DNA of 62,899 nt, filler included, from Welwitschia mirabilis (Eukaryota), in NCBI GenBank assembly GCA_051453625.1. It is 6 parts of one record of this genome, joined end to end, with 100 filler letters (N's around TTAATTAATTAA, not from the genome) between each part and the next. Parts side by side here need not be neighbours in the genome. Positions count along the whole stretch, not along the records: positions 1 to 29,326 come from JBOZIK010000001.1; positions 29,427 to 43,547 come from JBOZIK010000001.1; 4 more parts are not named here. The stretch is one strand, 5' to 3'. This document shows, piece by piece, positions 27,248 to 38,039 of the stretch. The translations under genes were made by a program, and so were the position numbers. Position 1 is the first letter of the stretch, and each line of letters begins with the position of its first letter. The notes under the pieces were generated by a model. It was not told where the DNA came from. It made no database searches and worked only from the letters and a program-made list of their open reading frames with translations.

Positions 27248-27659
27248 GAAAGGACATGTTGATGCACATTCCCTTCCCTAGGCTTAGAAAAGACAACAAA
27301 GTCCACTTTCCAAGGTGAGATCCTAGACTTGTTTTAGAGGGTAGCTAGAAATTTAGTAGCCAATGTGATTGCCCTCAAGGTACAAATTAACCAAGAACAA
27401 GGTTAGAGCAAGGGCTATGCCTAGTGGGTCAGTCCCCATGGGTGCTAAGGTAACTCATAAAAAGAAACCAAGGATAAAAAGCAAAGGATAAGGAGGACTT
27501 CCTAAAGAAAGAGGTATCCTCTAGTTGTTCCAAGATGCAAAGTGAAGTGAAGGGTATGGAATAGATCTGGGTTTGGCATTAGAGGTTCCTATCAGATCTC
27601 CTCCTAAGGCTATGCACATCTCTTCAAATAGGAATGAGAAAGGGTATACTAAAAGGGTC

Positions 27660-27660
<1 letters not shown>

Positions 27661-27733
<73 letters not shown>
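27661..27733. repeat. (CT)n microsatellite in the probable Tat 5' LTR
   Basis: Directly visible. Confidence 0.95.
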
Positions 27734-27736
<3 letters not shown>

Positions 27737-29154
27737 ANNNNNNNNNNNNNNNNNNNNNNNNNNNNNNNNNNNNNNNNNNNNNNNNNNNNNNNNNNNNNNN
27801 NNNNNNNNNNNNNNNNNNNNNNNNNNNNNNNNNNNNNTCACTCACTCACTCACAAACAAACAATTGGGGTTACCTGAGTAAAGGCCCTTATTGTTCTCTA
27901 CTGTACCTACAGATAGTAAGTAATAAAGTATTGAGGAAAAGGGGCTCTTTTATTATTGAATCTCTGAAAAAGCTTTGCTCTCCTTGAAAATGGAGAGAAG
28001 AAGAGCATAAATAGGCCTCTCCATTACGAGAAGAAGGTAGGGGTAGTTACATCACATAAATAGATACATGGAAACAATGGATCAAAAAACTTTATAAAAG
28101 CATAGAAAACATCAAAGATGTGCAGTTGGTGGTAACTTCTATTATCTTCATTATCCGATATAGGTGGAAGGAGGCTCCAGTGTCAATTATAACTTTACGA
28201 TATTGGAGGATGAGGGGCAAATTAGAAGATAGCATAAAGAGGGCCTCTCAAACACAAAGACCTATAGGTGAGAGAGAAAGGGGACGACTATCTCTGAGGT
28301 GGAAGATAGAGAAGAGGGAGTGACGTGAAGGAACAACAAGTGAATATAATGATGGAAGGAAAGAGGCCTGGATAGCATCTCCTTGTCATTTGATAGCCCT
28401 CATCATCCTCGACCTAGCTATGATTCCATAATTGAGATAAAGCTTAGAAGTTTGTAGGTAGTTGGCAGGTCCTTGATGGTACCCAAGAGGATCACTCCGC
28501 CAAAACAGAGGTCACCTCAATGGGCATCAGGCTAGTACTCACCCTTGGTGTAGAGTCACAGGCGGGCTTGCTTGACTCTAGTTTACCCTAAGGATTTAAT
28601 GCAACCTTAAAACTCTTCTGGAACTGGCTGGAAGCTGAACTAGATAGGGAACTAGGAAGTAATATCCTCCCTTGAAGGTCTGCGCCTTGGATGAAATAGC
28701 ATGGAGAAGAGGTTGACTAAAGAACACAAAAAGCGGACTAAGAACTAGATTCTGTCAGGACACCTGGTTAAGGGAGCAGAAGACAAGTAGGATGAGAGGG
28801 ATTCCATGCCTTCTAGTGGGGTAAGTGTTTGGGAAGTAGAGAGGTGAAAGAAAAAGGGGAAAANNNNNNNNNNGTGATGTGGAAGGAGAGGAAAGTATGA
28901 AAAAGGGAAAGGGGGAATAAGAGATGGAAGGAGAGGTGGTTTCGGGTTTTAGAGGCAAACTGGAGTTGGTCATCAGAGGTCCATGGCTTAAGGGTGGAGC
29001 CATCATCCAAATCTTCTTCTCTGTGAGTTAGCCAAGGTTAGTTGTTGTACAGTTTGGGGTGAGAAGGACAAGGCCTGGAGTAGGGACCTTGTGTAATGGA
29101 ACCTCATATTGAGAAGCCCAAGTGGGGTGAAGAAAAGGAGGTGAATGAGCTAAT

Positions 29155-29326
29155 TGTTAGGATCGTAAACTCACCCTAGAGGGGAGGGCGGGGGGAGGGG
29201 GGAGTGGGGGGGTGTTGAATAGGGTTCTAGAAATTTTCTTAATAAATTTTGCAATACTATATTTCTAAAACAAACTTAAACAAATAACAGTAAAAGCTTA
29301 AAAAATAAAATAAATAACTAAAAACA
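29155..29326 (-). repeat. U5 end of another SIRE LTR
   Basis: TGTTAGGATCG...CCCTAGAGGGG...GAATAGGG is the reverse complement of the U5 end of elements A/C; runs into a linker. Confidence 0.8.
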
Positions 29327-29426
29327 NNNNNNNNNNNNNNNNNNNNNNNNNNNNNNNNNNNNNNNNNNNNTTAATTAATTAANNNNNNNNNNNNNNNNNN
29401 NNNNNNNNNNNNNNNNNNNNNNNNNN
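29327..29426. other. Artificial assembly linker N44-TTAATTAATTAA-N44 (also 43548-43647, 48652-48751, 55109-55208, 57650-57749)
   Basis: Five identical 100-bp spacers; the 12-mer gives stops in all six frames. Confidence 0.95.
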
Positions 29427-30437
29427 CCAGTTTTCTTTCAAGATCACTCACCTGCTTCTTAAGACACAAAATTTTCTTTCCAAGATCTAGACTAACATGA
29501 TGTAATCTTTCATAGGCACTAGATAGATCATCATTATTATCAACATCACTTTCATAATCACATGTTTCTACTATATCAGCTTAAGGGACTAGATCAACAG
29601 TGTTACTTACTTCTTTGGTTAGAGCAATAAGGCTAAAGTTAACACAACCTTCCTCATCACTTGAAGGGGAACTACATTCGTCCTCATCCCATGTAACTTT
29701 CAAAGCTTTCTTCCCTTTTGCCTTGAAAGACTTGTCATTTCGCTTATTAGCACATTCAGAGGTAATGTGCCCAAATCCCTTACATTCATAACATTGTATA
29801 GAATTAGATGGATTCTTACCTTTGTTCATACCTTTTCGAAATTGTTGTCGTGATGATCTTCCTCCATTCTTCTTGAGAAACTGCTTGAAGTTCTTTGCTA
29901 AGAGAGCTAAATCATCATCTCTAAGTTTACTTGATTGAGAGTCTTCATCTACATCTGATTCAGCTTTGAGGGCTATGTTTCTTCGTTTTGGATGGTCCTC
30001 CTCTGTCTATAGGGATGCCTCATAAACCATAAGTGAACCTTTTAGTTCTTAAACTTTGATGAGGTCAATGTCCTTACTTTCCTCAATGGCAGTGATCTTG
30101 GGTCTGAATTTGTTTGTGAGACTTCTGAGAATTTTTCTCACTACTCGATTTTGAGGAACAGCTTCTTCCAACCCCTATATGCCATTCACTATGTCATTTA
30201 TCTTTGAAGTATATTTTATAACTTATTCTGAATCTTCCATTTTAATGTTTCGAACTGAGTTGCTAACATTTGTAGTTTGGCATTTTTCACTACACTTGTT
30301 CCTTCATGAGCAACTCTTAAGGTCTCCCATATTTCTTGAGCCATTGTGCATTGAACCACCCGATTGTATTCTTCTGATGATAAAGCACATATCAAAGCGT
30401 TCATGGCCTTAGCATTCATTTGCGCAGCCCGTTTATC
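29427..30437 (-). pseudogene. SIRE gag fragment, C-like family
   Basis: MNAKAMNALICALSSEEYNRV; IQCYECKGFGHITSEC zinc knuckle; similar to 9880-10700. Confidence 0.9.
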
Positions 30438-31829
30438 ANNNNNNNNNNNNNNNNNNNNNNNNNNNNNNNNNNNNNNNNNNNNNNNNNNNNNNNNNNNNNN
30501 NNNNNNNNNNNNNNNNNNNNNNNNNNNNNNNNNNNNNNAATTATGTTTATTATATTTTTAAGTATATTTTTTGAATAAATATTTTTTTACATTAAGTTTC
30601 ATGTACATTTTTAACTTTTTAAAAGGTTATTATTACTATTTAATGAAATAAAGTTGTTATTTAAAAAACATATAAGCCTAAACTTAAATGGAAAACCTAA
30701 CTTAATTGGGTTACATTTAGTTCTTCTAGGAAGGCCATATTATTAAATTAAGTATTCTTAAATTTAAATTCTTTTAAATTTAATATCTTTTTAATTATAT
30801 TTTTAGACTATAGGATTCTAAAAATTGATTTTATTTTAAAAATTTATGGTTCTTTTACATTTAACTTTCTCCTTAGTTGTCTTTTTTTTTTTTTAAAAAA
30901 GGTTTTACATTTATTGTTCTTTAAAAAGTAAGTTTTTTAAAAAAAAAATTTATTTAGAAATATTATTAAACAAGTATTTTAGAATTAAATTTTCATGTAG
31001 TAGAGTTTGTTAGATAATGTCATTTATTATTTTTCATGTAGGTTTTTGAACTAAAGTTTTTAAAGTCATTTTAATATTTAGGTCATCCTTTCAATTACAT
31101 TCATTTTCTAAATGTTCTTTTTATATTAACTTTTATTTGTCTAGAATAAATTCTATAATTGAATAACAACGAACTCTAAATTGTGAAAGGTAAAAAAGAT
31201 ATCATGAGAAGTAAAGATTTCATAGGGAAATTACGTGGTCATCAAACTTTGTAAACATGTGTAATGATATCAGTGATACTAATATACTAGAAGTATGTGT
31301 TATTTTTATTTAGAGCTTTACTATTTTATCAACACTACATTAGTAGCTAAATTAATTTATTCTTTATGTAAACCATGAATAACATAACTCCTACACATAG
31401 TACTACATCATCTGGTATTACAGTACAATACTTAAATGATCATATAGTGCAAGAACTAAATCAACAATTGGAAGACATGCCTATGGACATTACCCCCTTA
31501 GTAGAAGTCAATGATCAATCAATAAACAATGGTATCACATCTACAAGTCACATGTCTACCATACAGAGTCCTTTATCATTAACAAGAAGACAAAAATACA
31601 TGAGACAATAGAAATAGATGATGGAAGAGGATGTTTATCATGCTTAACAATCACAATTATGGGGAGAATGATAAAAAAAGGTAGAGTAATGCAATAATAT
31701 CAAACTTCAATCCCCCTCCTCTACAAGAACTCTTGAGCAACTATTGGATCTATATCCTAACTTATATAATCATGATGTTGTAATATCTAAAGAAATTAAG
31801 ACATTTTGGAGAGAAATATGAGTATTTGC

Positions 31830-34800
31830 ACAACCAAGATCATGCACAACTTGTAATGGAATGTATCAGTCTATAGAATTAATTTAAGGTAGACATGGCC
31901 CTACCTGTAAACAATGTTAATATGAGAAAAAAGAAAGCATTATAATTGATGATGAAGAAGTTAAAGTTTTCTCTACTCTGAATGACATGGGTCTAGGCCT
32001 CAGCCATTTGTTTTATCTAATCTTATAAATGTTAAAGAAATGCTTATTTCAAGGATAAATTTGTCGCTTCAAGTAACACATGCAACTGATGGTTAATTGG
32101 TATATCAAGGGAACATAATAAGCTTTCCATAAGATGTATTACATATTACTAAGGTTTTGTCTTATAAAATTACACAAATATTAATTCTTATTTTAAAGAT
32201 AAAAGATCAAATCAACATTGAATATAATTTTAATGTAATAAGATGTGAGTTTATAATGACTTATGCTTTAAGAAGGAGAATGACCCTTTATATCAAGATG
32301 TTGAGATATATTTGCATGCCTTATATGATATCAATGATAATGAATATATTAATGTCTTTCATATGCTTCAAGACATTACTCTTAGTGAAGAGAAACGGGA
32401 AATGAAGATACATTTTGATGGTTTAGTTCTAGAAATAGAAGAGTCCAACATTGTTCAATACACATCCTTAGTTAGTACTTAATGTATTCAAGTTAAAAGA
32501 GAACTTGATGCTATAAAGAATTAACTACAAAACTCATGCAATCATCCCTCCATAAGTGTGCCATAGCCATTATTAAGAGAGTTATCAATCAATGAATTCA
32601 ACACTAGAGGTATGATATCAATGTCGTTTCTATCCTTGTTTCCTATAGGTAAGTGTAATATTCTTGCACTGAGAGCAAAGGATGTAAAGCTACATAAGTA
32701 TGTAAAGCATCTTCTAAGATATAAAAATGGAAGATTTTGGCATAATCCAAGATTTCAATAAGCACTTGCTCATTTATTTTATTCTTTGATGAATTTAATG
32801 GACTAAATTTTAAACCCTTTAAAATTTATTTTCCATTGTAGTTACTATATTTTCAACATGATTATAAGAGATATGGTACTAAGGTTTACAACAGTGTTGT
32901 TCAAAAAGAACATAGCTAATGCTTTAATTATAATAGAGAAATTACATGAACAAATGAATAATTATTTATCAATAGAAATAATAGATAATTTAATAAGATA
33001 TAAAAGCTCTCTAAGAGGCACACATTCTTACTAAAGAAAAAGTAAATGCAAGCTACTAGATATGGTTACCCAACTTGGAACTTCTACTGTATTCTTTACT
33101 TTAAGTGTTATAGATTTATATTTGCCTGATCTGATATCATGCTTAGTGAACAATCATAACATCCATCAGAAGCTAGATTATGGTAAGTACAAAACATCAT
33201 TGAAAACCCACACATTATCTCAGAATTTATGTACAATAGTTATAAAAAATTTGTAGGGATGATTCTAATTAAGGAATTTAATGTTATAGGCTACTGGACA
33301 TTATTCGAGTAGCAGCATAGAGGTTCTCCACATGTGCATGGAGTTTTATGGATAAAAGAAGCTCCACACATGAAACAACTCAATTAGAGTTTTAATATAG
33401 CTGTGACAAATGCTAAGAGATTTTTGAATTCCATCATGCATGCATGGAATGATAGGTTTGATGAGTGTGATAAACTTAATGCTATAAGTTAAAGTCCTAT
33501 ATTCTTTATTACATGTTTAATTAATTATACTATTTTTAATTTTTATATTAATTTTTGCTTCTATAAGCTTCAAGATGAAATATGGAACTTCATCCATGTC
33601 AATTATGAAAAGAGAATCTTAAACATTTGCAACGAGAGAAAAATTACACAAATTTATTAAATAGTATTCAAAGACATATGGTTTATAATCTTAGAGCATG
33701 TCTGAAAAAATAAAATGAATGACAAATATGCAAGTGCCTAAATACTAGTATTCTTTTAACATAGTGAGTATTTTCAAACTATACATACTAATGTTTATTA
33801 ATTCATGTAGGTATACTATTCCATGGGATTTGTAGCCTTATGATTCTAAGTTGTATATAGATGAAAATAATGAGAAGAAGTATGAGCCAAGGATAAATGA
33901 CAATAGGTTAAATGTTCATAACAAAATGATTTTACAAACATGACGGGTAAATATAGACTTTTAACCTATTCTCAATGAATATGTTTTTACACAGTATATT
34001 CCAAAGTATGTCTTAAAGTCAAAAAATAAATCAAAGTCATATTTTAACATGTTAATGAAGCTATCACAAGATAGAAATCCCAGTGATCTTGTCATATCAG
34101 CTTACAAGAGACTAATGATGGATATTATAACAGATCATGATATTGAAGCTATGGAAACATGCCATTTATTACATGGAATTCCTTTAGTTAAAAGTAGTAG
34201 AATATTTGTACCACTTAATGTATCTAAGTAGGTCTATAAAAAAGTTAGATAAAGCCATGTTACAGATGAAGAACATGTGTATACCAAATTGGTAGATTAG
34301 TATCCAAATAAACCACTATATATGAAAGGAATGTTATTATTTAATTATGTAAAATGTTTTATATTTAATCTAAAAAAATAGATGATGAGGCTTGATATCC
34401 TAGAAAGGAACCTACAATTGTTAGAGCTATTCCAAGATTTCATATGCAACCTAACAAAGATGATGACAAACGGATATATTATTATTGGGCTCAACTATTC
34501 TTTATTATTCATTTAGGGATATTAAACATGATTTGGAAAACACAAATGAAGAAATAGAGGCTAAATGAATGTTTATTACACATATGTATGAGTAGTGTAG
34601 TCAATCACATGATGATGATTTTGAACATGCAATCATCGAGAAAGATCAACATGAAGATTTGGAACTATCACATGTGGAACATTATGAAAATGATTGTGAA
34701 CAATTAATGAGACATCTACTAAATAAAGGTGTACTTAATAGAAGTAAACATGACATGCTTGGCTTACGTGATGTTGATTAATAATGCAATTGATCTGTAA

Positions 34801-35330
34801 ATTATAAAGGGAAAGACTATGTAAAATATTCTATTTTGTTTATTCAAAGTAATAAAACATCATGAAATTTATTTATCCAAGATAAATTAAATTAACTTAT
34901 TAGCTTATTGAGCCTTGGTATTTAAAAAAAAAAGGCCTTAACATACTCATATCTAATTTGGTGCTGCAAGAATTTGAACAAGAAGACATTCAACCTCTAT
35001 GTATGATTATCCATGAAACAATAGGATTAGAAAAATATTTTCTCATTCATGATATTATAAATGAATTTAAGGATATGTGTTTAGATAACATAAGTATTAT
35101 TATTGTGCTAATATCAATTGGAATCATAACATACAACATCAAGGAGATAATAATACATTTAGCATTAGGTATTAAAATTGGTGACTGTGAGCTTAATTCA
35201 TTGAGATAGTTGCTACATCTTTAAGAATGGATAAAAAATTTCAAGTAAAATATTTTTGATGAGATGAGTTTCATAGGTGGTAAGATATTACTTAATATTA
35301 ATAGAAGACTTAAAGAGATATTACTAAGAA
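31830..35330 (+). pseudogene. Degenerate Helitron-like RepHel gene (HUH Rep plus start of Pif1 helicase), Helitron2/Helentron type, with probable introns
   Basis: CxxC..CxxC; KEMLISRIN..YQGNIISFP*D; SFLSLFPIG..HLLRYKNGRF; LRGTHSY..QLGTSTVFFTLS; E*QHRGSPHVHG (33307-33342); YIPKY (~33995); ETCHLL..SSRIFVPLN; decayed Walker A ~35010 and DEMSFIG ~35258. Confidence 0.88.
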
Positions 35331-37057
35331 TCGATCACATGATCTTTCATATTCCATCTTAACTGAGTTCCAGTAATGAATTGAGAACTAAAATTAACTA
35401 CTAATTAATCTTTACTTAGGATAACTATAGATGAATAGAGGAAAGATATCTTTAATTTGAGGCCTTCCATAAGGATTTGTTCATATGAGATTTTGGAGGA
35501 AAGAGGAGGTGAGTCATTAGCAGTTAACACAATGGTTAACATTACTGAGCTATACTACTATTGATAGAGGAAAATTACATGTTGATAAGGAACGGATACA
35601 CTGAATCTACTTTCTTTAATATCATGTTTGCAATGATATGGTGGTAAAGAAAATACTATTAGATGATTTATTAGGAGACGCATGAAAGAAGAAAAGGTAG
35701 TGCATAAGAGGAATAAAGAAGGCTCCATTTAGACTAGGAATGATTGGTTTAGCAAAGGGAAGAAGGAAAATTATTTCTAACAAGTAGCTAGATAGGTCAT
35801 TGCAATGATAGAAGGAGACCACAAAGGCACAAATGGCTTATTACATCAAGTTATGAAATCAACGAGTAAGAGAAGGTTGAGAATCAGCTTTAACAGAGGA
35901 ATAAAGACCATTGGCACACACTAAAGAGCAGACACCATGATGAGTGTTGATTACTTATTTCATTTTTTATATGGTTTATAGTATAATCATTTAATAACTT
36001 ATACTGAAAAAAGAGGAAATAATGCTTAGAGTCGGAAGAAAATGTTTTGTAGGATGGAGAGAGGGCAATTAGCTAGACACTTGTTAAGGATGTGTAATAG
36101 AGGGACACACTAAAAGTGTTGGACATTAGACTATAAAATAAGGGACTAAATTGATCAAATTAAAGTTAGAGTATTTTATGATGGGATGTAGGGACAACCT
36201 CTAATAATTTGATGATTTCAACCATAGCCAATGTTAGAAATTAGAGTCCAAGTTGGGAGGGAAGGTAAATAAAATGCCTATATTTATATCTTTAAAAATT
36301 TACCAACGTTACTTACTTATCAAAGGAATAATTCCTCATCCTTCCCCTTTATCCTATGCATTAATTATATGTAACCATGTTTTTAATAGAAAATTTGACT
36401 CTGTAACATCCGTCTCAAGTGATTATAACTTCCTTTAATAATAACTCTCTCTAATGTGGCCATCTTCTGTATGATACCTTAATTGTCCCATCTTTTCATA
36501 AATAAAAATAACCTATTATAAGAGATAGTACATTAATGATTGTCTAATTAAATCTTTGGAAATATAACAATTCTACAATATCACAATTTATTCTATTAAG
36601 TTATATATAAATTTCTTACAAGAAAAACAACAATGGAAATGAAAAGATTTTTAACTAGGAGATTGTTATATCTACTATTACATGTTTAAAGCTATAATCA
36701 AAATTCTACATGATTCAATTTTAAAAAGTATTCTCAAGACCATAATTACTGAAAATTTCAAGATTCATAAAGAACTATAGATTTCATTCTAAGATAAATT
36801 CTCAAGAAATTTTGCAAGAGGTGCATAGTCAAACTACATATTTCATTTAAATAATATCTTAAGAAAAATGTACATAATCTAATATTTAATGTATTTTAAA
36901 GATAATTATAATATACATGAATTCAAGATTTTTATTAGATATACAAGTCTTACTACAAAACAATTTTTCAACATAAACTGGAAAAGATTATCTTCTATTT
37001 TCTTTGCCCTCCTCAGCAATCAAGCTATATTTTTATTACTTGTTTTATACAAGAATT

Positions 37058-38039
37058 TGTTAGGATTCACAAAATACCTTAGAGGGAAGGTGAATAGGGT
37101 TTTTAAAACTTTTAAACAATCTTAAGATGAAATAATCAAATAGCTATAATAATAAAAGATGAAAAGAAACAATTAGACTCTATCGATTTAATCAAAATTG
37201 TGCAACAGCACAACCACCCTTGGCTAGGGCTTCAATTACAATGCTTGCTCCTCCTTAAGCAACTATAGAGAGTGTTCAGAAGAGATCTGATGGAGTGTAA
37301 TCTTATAAGCTTTGATTCATCAGCAAGAAGTACAATCATAGAAGAAGATGTACAACAGTTTGGATCAGGAGCATTCTCCTTAGATGAACAACACAAGCAT
37401 ACACTGCTCTTTAAGCTTCTTTTTAAAAAATTAGGTGCTTTAAACTTCATTGATCTTGACATATACAGTTTTCCCATAGAGGAAAACCCTAAAAATCCTT
37501 TGCATTGGTTACAGAGCTAGGGAAAACCCTTTTTTAGCTGTTTGTGCATTAAAAGGAGTATACAACATTCATCTTCACACATTTCCGCGCGTCAACAAAT
37601 AGCTTGCTGAATGTCCCAAGATGAATAGCCAGACGTCCCAAGATGAATAGCCAGACATCCCATTTTTAACTGAAAAAATAACAGAGAACTGAGACAGGGT
37701 CCGGACGTCCCAGGCAAGATATTCGAACGTCCTCGTATATTTGGCAGATTACAGGATCGGACGTCCCGGGAATAGAGAAGGATGTCCCAATATGAACAAC
37801 ACTGTACAGGGTCGGACGTCTCGGGATTGGAAGTCGGACGTCCCAATATAAATAGCCGATTACAGGGTCGGACGTCCCAGGTTTGAAAGTCGGATGCCCC
37901 AGTACATTTATGAAGAATCTTTTAATTCCCAAGTCTGGCCTGAGTTCGTTTAACTCGAATTGCTTACGTTCTCGAGTTAGGACTTCGACCTGGAAAGAGT
38001 TTTGTCACTTCATCATTGAAATAGACTTGTTACTCAATA
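37058..38039 (-). repeat. Solo SIRE LTR (A/C-related)
   Basis: Ends TGTTAGG...TTACTCAATA match the reverse complement of element A LTR ends; GGACGTCC array 37630-37900; no PBS or PPT adjacent. Confidence 0.85.

Larger units (their letters stand above)
20980..27260 (-). mobile_element. Ty3/gypsy Tat (TatII-like) gag-protease region, split by copia E and continued by the aRH at 2516-2746
   Basis: Retrotransposon gag motifs (EEHI|..GIQCEDVTC*LF..LPYNSISSWDDL); PYDVVKDLKKSKAN; protease-like CLTDFGGSTNI and VKVQGILKD..LLSQSWAASLN; PBS at 27230-27247. Confidence 0.8.

Noticed and set aside
27521-27881. ERERER / SLSLSL ORFs
   Set aside because: Translation of a (CT)n microsatellite plus a gap
34958-35330. 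Host PIF1 helicase gene
   Set aside because: Continuous with an upstream HUH Rep domain, Walker A destroyed and truncated; Helitron-derived
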